The translations under genes were made by a program, and so were the position numbers. From the NCBI GenBank assembly GCA_047404135.1, contig JBDOIT010000002.1, positions 102,320 to 166,319 of the forward strand: a stretch of 64,000 nucleotides of DNA, read 5' to 3'. Positions within the stretch are counted from its first letter, which is position 1. The number at the start of each line of letters is the position of its first letter. Source of the DNA: Rickettsiales bacterium (GTDB lineage Bacteria; Pseudomonadota; Alphaproteobacteria; Rickettsiales; JABSSG01). Under the pieces are notes generated by a model. The model was not told the origin of the DNA, did not search any database, and saw only the letters and a program-made list of their open reading frames with translations. This document shows positions 20,812 through 32,575 of this stretch, piece by piece.

Positions 20812-21260
20812 CTGAAACAAAAATCGATATTAGTGAAATAATGAAATCTATACCACATAGATATCCATTTTTACTCGTAGATAGAATAATAGATTTGAAG
20901 AAATCTGAATCTGCTATAGGAATAAAAAACGTTACAATAAACGAACAATTCTTCCAAGGTCATTTTCCCTCAAATCCAGTTATGCCAGGGGTACTTATCA
21001 TAGAAGCGCTAGCGCAAACAGCTGGAGTTCTAATATGCAAATCAGGGCATTATGACGCTGAATGGTCAGTGTATTTCAGTAAAATAGAAGAAGTAAAATT
21101 CAAAAAAATGTTGGTTCCTGGTGATCAATTAATAATGAAAGTAAAAATCGACGGGCACAAAATGGGTTTCTGGAAAATAACGGCAGAAGCGTTTGTTGAT
21201 GATATCAGCGCCACAACTGCGAAATTTTCAGTAAAAGTAGTAAAAAAACACAATGCTTAA
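20808..21260 (+). CDS. fabZ: 3-hydroxyacyl-ACP dehydratase FabZ
   Basis: 150 aa with the IPHRYPFLLVDRI...FFQGHFP..PVMPGVL.IEA.AQ signature. Confidence 0.96.
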   Translation: MTETKIDISEIMKSIPHRYPFLLVDRIIDLKKSESAIGIKNVTINEQFFQGHFPSNPVMPGVLIIEALAQTAGVLICKSGHYDAEWSVYFSKIEEVKFKKMLVPGDQLIMKVKIDGHKMGFWKITAEAFVDDISATTAKFSVKVVKKHNA

Positions 21261-22059
21261 TGTACACAAAACAGCAATAATAGAAGAAGGTGCACAAGTA
21301 GGGAAGAATGTTTCAATTGGCCCTTACTCTATTATTGGCCCAAATGTAGTTCTACATGATGACGTAGTAATAAAATCCCATGTTGTAATAGAAGGACATA
21401 CAACAATTGGAAGCAACACTACAATATACCAATTCGCTTCTATAGGAAGCGTAACTCAAGATCTAAAATACAAAGGAGAAAAGTCAGAGCTTATCATAGG
21501 AAAGAATAACATTATCAGAGAATATGTTACTATGAACCCAGGAACAGATGCTGGAACTAAAACTATCGTAGGAAATAATTGCCTCTTTATGGTTTCTGCA
21601 CATGTAGCGCATGACTGTATCGTAGGTGATTATGTAATCTTTGCAAACAACGCCACTATAGGAGGGCATGCGGAAGTAGATGACTACGCTATACTTGGTG
21701 GGCTCAGCGCAGTTGTACAATTCACAAAAGTTGGTAAACACGCAATGCTTGGTGGAATGTCATTAGCTACAACTGATGTCCCCCCTTATGCAATGGTGAT
21801 GACAGATCCAGCAAAAATTGATGGAATAAATTTAGTGGGGCTAAAAAGAAGAGAATTCACAAAGCAGCAGATAAAAAATCTAAAGGATTCTTATGAGATA
21901 CTGTTCTCCTACAAAACACTCATGGCTGAATCTATAAAAGAAATAGAAAGCAATTTTGAGGATTGCACGGCAGTGCAACATCTTCTTGATTTCTTAAAAT
22001 TAGAGCGCAAGAAAGGATTGGTAAAACATAAAAACTTCTATTCAAATGTTAAAACTTAA
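21253..22059 (+). CDS. lpxA: acyl-ACP--UDP-N-acetylglucosamine O-acyltransferase
   Basis: 268 aa with hexapeptide repeats and an LpxA-type C-terminal helical domain (INLVGLKRR.F). Confidence 0.94.
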   Translation: MLNVHKTAIIEEGAQVGKNVSIGPYSIIGPNVVLHDDVVIKSHVVIEGHTTIGSNTTIYQFASIGSVTQDLKYKGEKSELIIGKNNIIREYVTMNPGTDAGTKTIVGNNCLFMVSAHVAHDCIVGDYVIFANNATIGGHAEVDDYAILGGLSAVVQFTKVGKHAMLGGMSLATTDVPPYAMVMTDPAKIDGINLVGLKRREFTKQQIKNLKDSYEILFSYKTLMAESIKEIESNFEDCTAVQHLLDFLKLERKKGLVKHKNFYSNVKT

Positions 22060-22876
22060 ACAAAAGATAGGTTTGATTATTGGCGGTGGAAGAGCCCCAA
22101 AAATTATTATTGATCAGCTACTTAAGGATAAAGAAGATTTTGTCGTTATCGCACTTTCAGGGCATACATCCCCATCATCTGTCAATTCAAAAATGAAGCA
22201 TGAGTGGGTCAATATTGGACAAATAAAAAAGACCTTCGATTTACTAAAGAAACATAACATCTCTTGTGTATCTTTTATAGGTAGCGTAAATAGACCATCT
22301 CTTTCTAATGTAAAAACCGATATAGAGGCTTCATTGTTTCTGCCAAAAATGGGTTTCAAAAAATTTGTTGGAGGAGACGATAAACTATTATCTAGCCTCA
22401 TGGGTTTATTTGAACAACAAGGTTTCCATATTCTACCAGCCACTTCTATAGCTTCATCCATGAAAGCAGAGAAAGGAACGCTAGGAAAAATAGCACCCAA
22501 GAAACATGAAATTAAAGACATAGAAGAAGGAGCTAGCATACTTGATCTCATCAGCTCAGCAGATATTGGTCAAGCATTGGTAATAGAAAAAGGTTACGTT
22601 CTAGGGGTAGAAGCTGCAGAAGGAACACAGCGCCTTATAAAAAGATGCAAGTCGCTAAAGAAGGAACAAAACAAATGCGGAGTCTTAGTAAAAATAAAGA
22701 AAAAAAATCAAGATACAAGAGTTGACCTACCATCTATAGGAGTAAAAACAATAGATGCAGTAAAGAATGCGGGGTTACGTGGAATTGCTATACAAAGTGA
22801 GTATAGCATTATCATAGACAAGGAAAAGGTAATAAAAAAAGCTAATGAAAATAATATATTTTTGGTAGGAATATGA
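22046..22876 (+). CDS. lpxI: UDP-2,3-diacylglucosamine pyrophosphatase LpxI (DUF1009)
   Basis: 276 aa with IGLIIGGG..P, IGQALVIEKGYVLGVEAAEGT and TRVDLPSIGV.TI motifs, typical of alphaproteobacterial LpxI. Follows lpxA. Confidence 0.85.
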   Translation: MLKLKQKIGLIIGGGRAPKIIIDQLLKDKEDFVVIALSGHTSPSSVNSKMKHEWVNIGQIKKTFDLLKKHNISCVSFIGSVNRPSLSNVKTDIEASLFLPKMGFKKFVGGDDKLLSSLMGLFEQQGFHILPATSIASSMKAEKGTLGKIAPKKHEIKDIEEGASILDLISSADIGQALVIEKGYVLGVEAAEGTQRLIKRCKSLKKEQNKCGVLVKIKKKNQDTRVDLPSIGVKTIDAVKNAGLRGIAIQSEYSIIIDKEKVIKKANENNIFLVGI

Positions 22877-23412
22877 TTGGAAAAAACACCGTAAAGTTCA
22901 TCAGTGAAATTTTACCTGTTGCAGCATTTTTTGTTACATATAAATTTTATGGAATCATAGAGGCCACCGTAGCAATAGTTATTCTGTCGCTGCTTGGACT
23001 GATTATTATATATTTCTCAAACCATAAAGCATCTCCAATGCATCTATTCACTGTAGCTATTATTTCAGTTTTCGGAGGACTAACAATAGTTAGTAATAAT
23101 ACTGCGTTCATAAAAATGAAACCAACTATTATAAACCTCCTATTTGCTGCCATACTTGGATTTGGCCTAATGAAGAAAAAGTTGTTCTTAAAAAAGTTAC
23201 TTGGTGAAAAAATAGAGCTCACGCAAAATAATTGGTCTAATTTATCCAAGAAATTCATTCTGTTCTTTGTATCTCTTGCCATAACAAACGAAGTCGTATG
23301 GAGGAATTTTGCAGAAGAAACATGGATATATTTCAAAACATTTGGTATCTTGCCGATAACGATACTATTCGTATTATCTCAAGCGAGATTTATTTTGAGA
23401 AATAAGAGCTAA
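22873..23412 (+). CDS. yciB: intracellular septation protein A (YciB/IspZ family)
   Basis: 179-aa five-TM protein with an N-terminus of the LP...FF..YK type. Confidence 0.75.
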   Translation: MIGKNTVKFISEILPVAAFFVTYKFYGIIEATVAIVILSLLGLIIIYFSNHKASPMHLFTVAIISVFGGLTIVSNNTAFIKMKPTIINLLFAAILGFGLMKKKLFLKKLLGEKIELTQNNWSNLSKKFILFFVSLAITNEVVWRNFAEETWIYFKTFGILPITILFVLSQARFILRNKS

Positions 23413-24617
23413 CTAGCTACTTCTTCAATATTCAAATTGGACAATACAACTTTCAAAGATCTTACAAAATGCTGAATCATCTCATCTGTATGACAAGGGG
23501 TAGGGGTGATTCTAAGTCTTTCAGTTCCTCTAGGAACTGTAGGAAAGTTAATATGCTGCAAGTATATACCAAAGTCATTCAATAGCACATTACAAGCTCT
23601 TTCTGCCTTCAAAGGATCATTGATAATCACAGGGATAATATGCGTATCGTTCTTTAGAATGTTAATTTTACTGTTCTCAAGAAGATTCTTTGTGTACTCA
23701 ACTTTCTTTCTATGTAATATTCTTTCTGCATCGCTGTTTTTCAAATAATTAATGCTGGCTCTAGCTGCTGATGCAACAGAGGGAGGCAAAGCTGTTGTAA
23801 AAATGAACCCCGAAGCATAACTTCTTATTGCATCTATTATGTCTTTATTAGCGGCAATATATCCGCCTATGACCCCATAAGCTTTAGCAAATGTACCTTG
23901 TATAATATCTATTTGATCTTCTACTTCTTCTTCATTTGCTATACCTGCACCACTTTTACCATATAACCCAACAGTATGAACTTCATCAATATAGGTCATT
24001 GCGTTGTATTTTTTAGCTAATCTTACAATCTCTTTGATTGGAGATCTAAGTCCATCCATAGAATATGCTGACTCGAATACAATAACCTTAGGAGTCTCTA
24101 GTGGGTATTTTGCAAGTAAAAACTCCAAATGCTCAGAGTCATTATGACGAAATACCTCTTTCTCTGACCTACTATTACGAATTCCCTCAATTATAGAAGC
24201 ATGATTTAGCTCATCAGAAAAAAACACGCATCCAGGTAAAATCTTTGATAGAGTTGTTAGAGTTGTAGAGTTTGCTACATAACCCGAAGTAAATACTAAA
24301 GCTGAATCCTTAGAATGAAGGTTAGATACATCGTTTTCTAACTCTACAATAAAGTGATTATTGCCACCGATATTTCTTGTGCCTCCAGCTCCACAGCCAT
24401 ATCTCTTAGTTGCATCAACCATAGCATCAACTACAACTTGATTTCGTGACATACCTAGATAATCATTTATGCACCATAAAATGATGTCTTTGTCTAACCC
24501 ATGATGCCTAGCTATAGGCAATCTGTCTGCGTATCGGCTAATATCCACAAATTCTCTATAACGCCCCTCACGTCTAACAGAGTCAACTGCGTTAGAAAAT
24601 GATTTCTGGTAATTCAT
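23409..24617 (-). CDS. hemA: 5-aminolevulinate synthase
   Basis: Carries EGRYR.F, the PLP-dependent oxoamine synthase core and a GTF.KA lysine motif. The start is set to MNYQKSF... (24617), which removes the overlap with ctaA implied by the ORF-track start at 24665. Confidence 0.92.
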   Translation of the reverse strand: MNYQKSFSNAVDSVRREGRYREFVDISRYADRLPIARHHGLDKDIILWCINDYLGMSRNQVVVDAMVDATKRYGCGAGGTRNIGGNNHFIVELENDVSNLHSKDSALVFTSGYVANSTTLTTLSKILPGCVFFSDELNHASIIEGIRNSRSEKEVFRHNDSEHLEFLLAKYPLETPKVIVFESAYSMDGLRSPIKEIVRLAKKYNAMTYIDEVHTVGLYGKSGAGIANEEEVEDQIDIIQGTFAKAYGVIGGYIAANKDIIDAIRSYASGFIFTTALPPSVASAARASINYLKNSDAERILHRKKVEYTKNLLENSKINILKNDTHIIPVIINDPLKAERACNVLLNDFGIYLQHINFPTVPRGTERLRITPTPCHTDEMIQHFVRSLKVVLSNLNIEEVAS

Positions 24618-24630
24618 ATTATCTGTTTTT

Positions 24631-25659
24631 TTAGAGATTTTTTTGTTTATTAAAACTATTGGCATATCTTAATATAAACATTATAAAAAGTAAATTTGTA
24701 AATACAATTATTGCTCCAAATTGGTGAATAATCGCTAAATTCATAGGCACTTTATAGATCAAAGTAAGTACTCCTAATAAAAATTGAGCAAAAATAGCCA
24801 ATACAGCTATTCTTAAAGGGATTATAATTTTCTTCATTCTTCCTTTATTTATGAGGTAAAAAAAGTAGAAAGAATATAACAATAGAGTAATGCCAAAAAC
24901 CCTATGTAAGAATTGAACCGTTACTGGATCAGAAAAAATCCTTAGATTAACAAAAGAGTTGTAAACTTCGTCTGGGATCATTTTACCTCCCATTAATGGA
25001 AAGCTATTATATAATAAACCCGCATCTAGACCAGCAACTAATGCTCCAAAAAATATTTGCAACACACATATAGAAAACAACAATATGGCATGCTTAAGAT
25101 TGCTAGAAACTACAGGTTTTACAGTTCTTTGCCAAAAACATAGCCCCTTCCAGGCAATCAAAAAATATATTAAAAATGCCAACATTAAATGGGAAGCCAG
25201 TCTATAATGGCTAACATCCGGATCATTCACTAAACCACTCTTTACCATATACCATCCCATAAACCCCTGACATACCAGCAAAGCAAAGACAGTAGAAAGA
25301 AAAATTGTATCTTTCTTTGTGACATCCCTTTTTATAACAAAATATATCAAGGGAAATAAAAAAACTAAACCCGTGAATCTACCCATAAGCCTATGATAGT
25401 ATTCAACCATGTATATCTCCTTGAATTCTTCTAATGTAAAATTAAAATTCTTCTCCTTATACTCAGGAAATTTTTTATATAACTCGAACTCTTTATCCCA
25501 TGCATTTCTGCTGGTTGGTGGGATTGTACCTGTAATAGGTTTCCACTCAACGATAGATAAGCCGGATTGGCTAAGACGAGTTATCCCTCCTACCACAATC
25601 ATGCATACAACCATGAATGCACAACAAAACAACCATAGCCCAACCTTTCTTTCCTGCAT
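24631..25659 (-). CDS. ctaA: heme A synthase (COX15/CtaA)
   Basis: 342-aa polytopic protein with GG.TRL..SGLS.V.W and the conserved His-containing helices (HR, HL, HQ). Confidence 0.88.
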   Translation of the reverse strand: MQERKVGLWLFCCAFMVVCMIVVGGITRLSQSGLSIVEWKPITGTIPPTSRNAWDKEFELYKKFPEYKEKNFNFTLEEFKEIYMVEYYHRLMGRFTGLVFLFPLIYFVIKRDVTKKDTIFLSTVFALLVCQGFMGWYMVKSGLVNDPDVSHYRLASHLMLAFLIYFLIAWKGLCFWQRTVKPVVSSNLKHAILLFSICVLQIFFGALVAGLDAGLLYNSFPLMGGKMIPDEVYNSFVNLRIFSDPVTVQFLHRVFGITLLLYSFYFFYLINKGRMKKIIIPLRIAVLAIFAQFLLGVLTLIYKVPMNLAIIHQFGAIIVFTNLLFIMFILRYANSFNKQKNL

Positions 25660-25736
25660 ATTTAAATTGACTATTTACATCGACTCCAGGATACTAAACT
25701 ATATTTAACACTAGAGAAATAAATAATTTAAAACGA

Positions 25737-26360
25737 ATGACGGAAGATAAAAGAAAAGGAATAATGTTTATATTATCCTCCCCTTCGGGCGCTGGAAAAA
25801 CCACTGTTTCTAAGGGGTTATTAGACTCAGACTCTAATCTCTACCTTTCGATCTCCGTAACAACGCGCAAAAAAAGAAGCAACGAAATAGATGGAAAAGA
25901 TTATTATTTTGTATCAAAGCAAGGGTTTGAACAAATGATCAAAGACGGATTACTTCTAGAGCATGCTGAAGTTTTTGGGAATTACTATGGGACCCCCCTA
26001 AAACAAACAGAAGAGCTACTGAATAAAGGGCATGATATTCTTTACGACATAGACTGGCAAGGCACATTGCAGCTTTTAAAATCTTATAAAGAAAATATAG
26101 CTAGCATCTTCCTGCTACCCCCATCTATGGAAATACTAGAAGAGCGACTCCGAAATCGAGCCCAAGATGATGACGCCACTATCAAAAAAAGATTAGATGG
26201 GGCTAAACTAGAAATTTCAAAATGTGAGAGTTACGACTATCTTCTAGTGAATGATAAAATGTCAAAAACACTCAAAAAAGCAAAAGCGTGCATAGAGGCA
26301 GAGCGAAATAAAGCCTCTAGAATGAACCTATCAAAGGTTATTTCAAATTTAGAAAAATGA
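25737..26360 (+). CDS. gmk: guanylate kinase
   Basis: 207 aa with P-loop SSPSGAGKTT and the TTR..R..E..G.DY.FV motif. Confidence 0.94.
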   Translation: MTEDKRKGIMFILSSPSGAGKTTVSKGLLDSDSNLYLSISVTTRKKRSNEIDGKDYYFVSKQGFEQMIKDGLLLEHAEVFGNYYGTPLKQTEELLNKGHDILYDIDWQGTLQLLKSYKENIASIFLLPPSMEILEERLRNRAQDDDATIKKRLDGAKLEISKCESYDYLLVNDKMSKTLKKAKACIEAERNKASRMNLSKVISNLEK

Positions 26361-26440
26361 TTATTCTACAAATATTGCAATCTTTTCATTCATGAACTAT
26401 ATTATATTATGTAACAACCTATGATAATGAGAGGCACAAC

Positions 26441-27166
26441 ATGGAAAACTACACTCAATCTAAAGTATCACAAAGTAGATCTTCAAGCTACGATCTTGGA
26501 TTGCGATCATATATGCTTAAAGTCTTCAACTACATGTGCTTAGCACTGTGTATTACTGGAGCAACATCCTACGTAACTATATCTACACCTTTAATACATG
26601 CATTTTTTAATCATGGCCAGGGGGGAATTGGAATGTCGGGACTTGGGTGGGCAGCAACTTTTGCACCACTAGTCTTTGTCATATTCTTTTCTTCAAAGAT
26701 ACATACAATGGATCCAGGAAAAGCTAAATTTATGTTAATGGCCTTTGGAGCTGTAATGGGTTTTTCTTTAGCACCTGTCTTCTTGCTTTATACTGGCGCA
26801 AGCATAGTAAGGATGTTCTTTATTACTGCATCTGTCTTCGCTGCAATGAGCCTATATGGATATACAACAAAAAGAGATCTCACTGGTTTTGGATCCTTCT
26901 TAATGATGGGTCTAATTGGAATAATCATAGCTTCTTTAGTTAATATGGTTATGAAGAGCCCTGCTATATATTTTGTAACGTCTGTAATAGGTGTACTAAT
27001 ATTCACCGGACTAACAGCTTATGACGTACAGAAGATCGTTAGAACATATAGCGCTGTTCCTGTCTCAAGACGTGAGAATGCAGCTGTACTAGGCGCATTA
27101 TCCTTATATTTAGATTTCATCAATCTATTCTTGATGCTACTAAGATTATTCGGAAACAGAAGGTAA
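26441..27166 (+). CDS. Bax inhibitor-1/YccA family membrane protein
   Basis: 241-aa seven-TM protein. It has the LR.YM..VF N-terminal motif and the C-terminal GAL.LYLDFINLFL signature of BI-1 proteins. Confidence 0.88.
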   Translation: MENYTQSKVSQSRSSSYDLGLRSYMLKVFNYMCLALCITGATSYVTISTPLIHAFFNHGQGGIGMSGLGWAATFAPLVFVIFFSSKIHTMDPGKAKFMLMAFGAVMGFSLAPVFLLYTGASIVRMFFITASVFAAMSLYGYTTKRDLTGFGSFLMMGLIGIIIASLVNMVMKSPAIYFVTSVIGVLIFTGLTAYDVQKIVRTYSAVPVSRRENAAVLGALSLYLDFINLFLMLLRLFGNRR

Positions 27167-27179
27167 ATGGTAAGGAGAG

Positions 27180-27860
27180 CTACAGCTCTCCCCCCGCTTC
27201 TCCGGTCACCTCCATTTCTTTGCTTGTTATAACACTTTCTTCACAATTCTTTCCCCCGGCGCATTCTTCTTTTTCTGCATAATAATCCATTGTATTTGGA
27301 ACCCTCCCCAGTTCTTGATTGACGTAGCTTAACATCCCAACGCTGTCTGCTGCCGTTTGCTTTTCAGTTACATGCTTACTTTCTAAAGATACTCCTGATG
27401 TTGGAGAGTGTTTCTCTTCTTTTTCGCAAGGAAGGCAATAACTGCCTAACCAATTCAAGATAAATTCTATACTACAGATTCCATCAATCATCTTATTTAG
27501 ATCCTTAGCAAGCTGAAAAATATTATCTTGTCCAAACATCGAATATATTTTGTCATTTACATTTGGAGCAAAAGATTTCTTAAAAACTAAAATTGGCGCA
27601 AAGAATCTCATTATACTAATAGACGCACCTCCAAGAAAATTTTCTCTCATATTATCAAAGAAATGCATTTTAGATGCAGAGCTTAACAACCCAAAAACTA
27701 AGATGGGAGAAACGATGTTTATTGCCTCTCTAAAATGCATAGATTTGATATATACATTATCTTCACTGAGATTATCAAAATCCCACATTCTACAATTTTG
27801 TTTCTCGTCTTCCGGTGCAACTGCGTTCTTATAACATTTCCCTTTCCAATTCTCAGACAT
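27180..27860 (-). CDS. hypothetical protein (orphan; two hydrophobic PILVF-containing segments, Cys-containing acidic tail)
   Basis: A 226-aa uninterrupted ORF with no family recognised. It is convergent with the BI-1 gene. Confidence 0.55.
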   Translation of the reverse strand: MSENWKGKCYKNAVAPEDEKQNCRMWDFDNLSEDNVYIKSMHFREAINIVSPILVFGLLSSASKMHFFDNMRENFLGGASISIMRFFAPILVFKKSFAPNVNDKIYSMFGQDNIFQLAKDLNKMIDGICSIEFILNWLGSYCLPCEKEEKHSPTSGVSLESKHVTEKQTAADSVGMLSYVNQELGRVPNTMDYYAEKEECAGGKNCEESVITSKEMEVTGEAGGEL

Positions 27861-27983
27861 TGCTACTACCGCTTATAAAAGTTTTTTATATAAAACTTCA
27901 TTTTATTACTTAATAGTAAAAAAAAACTAAAATTAGATTACGAGAATTAAGATATTATTAATTTTAACCTTATTACGCAAGAT

Positions 27984-28013
27984 AAAAAAGGGCATCTCAA
28001 GAGATGCCCTTTT
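27984..28013 (-). terminator. Rho-independent (bidirectional) terminator downstream of groEL
   Basis: Perfect inverted repeat GGGCATCTC/GAGATGCCC (27990-28009), flanked by A6 on one side and T4 on the other. The minus strand reads stem-loop followed by TTTTTT. Confidence 0.8.
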
Positions 28014-28038
28014 ATCTTAAATCAGAGACGCTCCTAGC

Positions 28039-29718
<1,680 letters not shown>

Positions 29719-29721
29719 TTA

Positions 29722-30015
29722 TTATACAGTTTCAACGATACCAATAATGTCAGATTCTTTCATAATTAGAAGCTTTTTACCGCCAACCTCTACTTCTGTA
29801 CCTGACCACTTACCAAATATCACTTTATCTCCGACTTTTACATCAATAGTAACTCTTTTACCTGATTCGTCTCTTGTTCCAGCACCAACAGCAACAACTC
29901 TGCCTTCTACTGGTTTTTCTTTAGCAGTATCTGGTATAATAATTCCACCAGACGTTTTTGCCGCTTGTTCTAAAATTTCAACCGCAACTCTGTCATGTAA
30001 AGGTTTTAAGTTCAT
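29722..30015 (-). CDS. groES: co-chaperonin GroES
   Basis: 97 aa beginning [10 protein letters not shown]...GGIIIPD.AKEKP..G.VVAVG. Confidence 0.97.
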   Translation of the reverse strand: MNLKPLHDRVAVEILEQAAKTSGGIIIPDTAKEKPVEGRVVAVGAGTRDESGKRVTIDVKVGDKVIFGKWSGTEVEVGGKKLLIMKESDIIGIVETV

Positions 30016-30060
30016 ATTTTTTACTCCTTAATAAGTTCAACGAAAAGTCATATAATAGTC

Positions 30061-30089
30061 TATATAGTCACAATAAGTACAAAGTTCAA
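30061..30089 (-). promoter_or_regulatory. putative groESL promoter (proximal copy)
   Basis: The minus strand reads TTGAAC-N17-TATATA, about 46 nt upstream of the groES ATG. It is compatible with a sigma70-like or alphaproteobacterial RpoH-like (CTTG...CTATAT) promoter. Confidence 0.4.
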
Positions 30090-30148
30090 CCCCTGAGTGG
30101 GTTTTTTCTTCATTCTTAATAAGTTCAACGAAAAGTCATGTAATAGTC

Positions 30149-30177
30149 TATATAGTCACAATAAGTACAAAGTTCAA
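30149..30177 (-). promoter_or_regulatory. putative groESL promoter (distal duplicated copy)
   Basis: Identical TTGAAC-N17-TATATA motif, located 88 bp further upstream inside repeat copy 2. Confidence 0.3.
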
Positions 30178-30213
30178 CCCCTGAGTGGTTTTTTTCTTCA
30201 TTTATTTGCACTC

Positions 30214-30241
30214 TTGTACAATGCATTAGCTAGTATATAAT
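30214..30241 (+). promoter_or_regulatory. putative hemB promoter
   Basis: TTGTAC-N16-TATAAT, ending 27 nt before the hemB ATG. Confidence 0.35.
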
Positions 30242-30268
30242 TGCTAAACTAAAATTAGATACAATATC

Positions 30269-31273
30269 ATGGAATTGATACAACGCCCTAGACGACTACG
30301 CACATCTCCGCAAATCAGAAGGCTGGTAAAGGAGAATACCCTTAGCACCAATGATTTAGTACTACCTGTTTTCGTTAAAGAAGGTACAAATATCAGTAAC
30401 TCCATACCTTCTATGCCAGGATTCATGCAGCTTAGCGTAGATAAATTAGATAAAGAAATAGCGGAGATAGCCTCTTTAGGAGTAAAGAATATAATGCTTT
30501 TTGGCATACCTAAAGAAAAGGATTCTTTAGGTTCTATATCTTTTGATGACAATGGTTTTGTGCAAAAAGCTATTAGATATATAAAAAACCAACTCCCAGA
30601 GCTCATAATTATGGTAGATGTTTGCTTATGCGAATATACATCACATGGTCATTGCGGAATAATCGATGATAACAGAAAGGATATAGATAATGATAAATCT
30701 TTGCCCATTTTTGCAAAACAAGCTGTGAGTTATGCAAAAGCAGGAGCAGATATAGTAGCTCCAAGCTCTATGATGGATGGGGTTGTATTAACTCTCAGAA
30801 GAGCTTTGGACCAAAATAATTTTAAAAATATTATTATACTTAGCTATTCCTCAAAATATTCGTCTTCTATGTATGGACCATTCAGGCATATTGCTGAAGG
30901 TGCCCCACAGTTTGGAGACAGAACATCTTACCAGATGGACTACTCTAATTCCGATGAAGCCCTCAAAGAAGTAGAGTTAGATCTGAATCAAGGAGCAGAT
31001 ATAGTAATGGTTAAACCAGCTCATACTTACTTGGATGTAATATATAAAGTAAAGGATAACTTCCCAGAAGTACCTGTTGCTGCTTACCATACCAGTGGAG
31101 AATTTGCTATGATTAAAGCTGCTGCTGATAAGTCCTTACTTGATGAAGAAAAAGCAATTATAGAAGTTACAACCTCTATAAAAAGAGCTGGAGCAGACAT
31201 AATAGTGAGCTACTTTACAAAAGATATTATAAAGATACTGAGGAAAAATAGTGAGATCACAAATACAAAATAA
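30269..31273 (+). CDS. hemB: porphobilinogen synthase (delta-aminolevulinic acid dehydratase)
   Basis: 334 aa with RPRRLR, VMVKPA (active-site Lys) and YHTSGEFAM motifs. Confidence 0.95.
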   Translation: MELIQRPRRLRTSPQIRRLVKENTLSTNDLVLPVFVKEGTNISNSIPSMPGFMQLSVDKLDKEIAEIASLGVKNIMLFGIPKEKDSLGSISFDDNGFVQKAIRYIKNQLPELIIMVDVCLCEYTSHGHCGIIDDNRKDIDNDKSLPIFAKQAVSYAKAGADIVAPSSMMDGVVLTLRRALDQNNFKNIIILSYSSKYSSSMYGPFRHIAEGAPQFGDRTSYQMDYSNSDEALKEVELDLNQGADIVMVKPAHTYLDVIYKVKDNFPEVPVAAYHTSGEFAMIKAAADKSLLDEEKAIIEVTTSIKRAGADIIVSYFTKDIIKILRKNSEITNTK

Positions 31274-32249
31274 AACATGCTGGGTTATCACAGATGGAAA
31301 GATTGGTCACATCCGACAATCAGAAGGTCTAGCTCAAGCATTAGGAGTAAAATTTGAAACCAAAATATTAAAGCACAACTTTTATATACCTACATACCCA
31401 GCATGGTTACGAAACACAATGCTTAGATTTACCACAAAAGACAGCGATAGATTGTCTGAGCCTTGGCCTGATATAGCAATATCATGCGGATCAAATACAA
31501 TCCCCTTAATGTTAAATATTCAAAAAGAAAGTTCTGGGAAAACTTATATTATATATGTACAAAATCCAAAACTTTCACTCAAGAATTTTGATACAGTCAT
31601 CGTTATGGATCATGATAGAGTTTCTGCAGAAAATACTCTCAGCACAGAAATGGCGCTGCACCCCATCACAAAAGATTCACTCACCTCAGCAAAAAAAGAA
31701 TTCAAAAAATCACTCCCCTCCGTTCCACATCATCAAAATGCCATAATTATTGGAGGAGATACATCTAGATCAAAGATGACAGAAGATACCTGTCTTGACC
31801 TAATAGATAAAATAAAATTTATTAGGAATAAATACAAAGGAGGGTTATTCATTTCTCCATCAAGAAGGACGCCTTCTAGGATGATAGAATTATTAAATAA
31901 AAACTTTGGAAAAGAGCAAGACGTTTATATTGTAAATTTACAAGACTCTTATAATCCATATTTTGGCATATTATCCATCGTCAAAAAAATCTTTATAACA
32001 AATGACTCTGTGAGCATAATTTCCGAAGCTTGCGCTGCAGGTAAACAGAACTTTATTATACCCTTGAAGAACTTTAAACTTGGTAAAACAGGGTCTTTTG
32101 TAAACAACGTTTTAAAAAAAGGCTTGGTTGCAAATTTCACAGAAAAATCCCAAAATCACCCTCTAAGCAAGAATACACAACAAATAGCTGAACTACTAAA
32201 GGCACGAATGATTAAGAGCGGAAAGTTCAAAAACAAAGATTTCTTATAA
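31251..32249 (+). CDS. ELM1/DUF1022 family protein (mitochondrial fission ELM1-like)
   Basis: 332 aa with an N-terminal WVITDGKIGH..Q..GLA.ALG motif and a later SPSRRTP motif, both typical of alphaproteobacterial DUF1022 proteins. The apparent start is GTG and overlaps the hemB 3' end by 23 nt. Confidence 0.7.
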   Translation: MRSQIQNKTCWVITDGKIGHIRQSEGLAQALGVKFETKILKHNFYIPTYPAWLRNTMLRFTTKDSDRLSEPWPDIAISCGSNTIPLMLNIQKESSGKTYIIYVQNPKLSLKNFDTVIVMDHDRVSAENTLSTEMALHPITKDSLTSAKKEFKKSLPSVPHHQNAIIIGGDTSRSKMTEDTCLDLIDKIKFIRNKYKGGLFISPSRRTPSRMIELLNKNFGKEQDVYIVNLQDSYNPYFGILSIVKKIFITNDSVSIISEACAAGKQNFIIPLKNFKLGKTGSFVNNVLKKGLVANFTEKSQNHPLSKNTQQIAELLKARMIKSGKFKNKDFL

Positions 32250-32316
32250 TTTCTTTGTATTTTGTAGAAAAACAATATACAATGCGTGCCTTAACAATTG
32301 AATAAAGAAGAATACT

Positions 32317-32520
32317 ATGACTCAGCAAACAGGCAAAATAAAGTGGTTTAACTGGAACAAAGGCTACGGTTTTATTGCACCAAATGACGGTTCCAAGGAT
32401 GTATTCGTACACATCACTGCTGTAAAAGAAGCTAACATCCAAACCATGGAAGAAGGCCAAGAGATTGAGTTCGATCTCCAGGACAAAGACAATAAAGTTT
32501 CTGCAGTTAATTTGAAATAA
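32317..32520 (+). CDS. cspA: cold-shock protein (CspA family)
   Basis: 67 aa with G.IKWFN..KGYGFI and DVFVH RNP motifs. Confidence 0.95.
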   Translation: MTQQTGKIKWFNWNKGYGFIAPNDGSKDVFVHITAVKEANIQTMEEGQEIEFDLQDKDNKVSAVNLK

Positions 32521-32544
32521 TTATACCTAAGATTTTTTGATATA

Positions 32545-32575
32545 AAAAGACAGGGTTTCGGTCCTGTCTTTTTTA
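32545..32575 (+). terminator. bidirectional Rho-independent terminator between convergent cspA and recJ
   Basis: AGACAGG-gtttcggt-CCTGTCT followed by T6 on the plus strand, with an A-run on the other side. It abuts the recJ stop codon. Confidence 0.8.

Larger units (their letters stand above)
30027..30202. repeat. tandem direct duplication, 2 x 88 bp, immediately upstream of groES
   Basis: Copy 1 is 30027-30114 and copy 2 is 30115-30202. By eye they differ at about 2-3 positions (for example tcatAtaat/tcatGtaat, and gggtttttt/ggttttttt). Confidence 0.95.

Noticed and set aside
30091-30110. The hairpin plus T-run inside each 88-bp unit, considered as a functional plus-strand terminator.
   Set aside because: The stem is only 5 bp, and no plus-strand gene lies upstream that would need termination. 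It is reported only as part of the repeat.
30203-30235. A possible CIRCE (HrcA) operator upstream of groESL, because of TTGCACTC.
   Set aside because: Only a degenerate left half-site is present. No GAGTGCTAA partner lies 9 nt away, so it is not a CIRCE inverted repeat.
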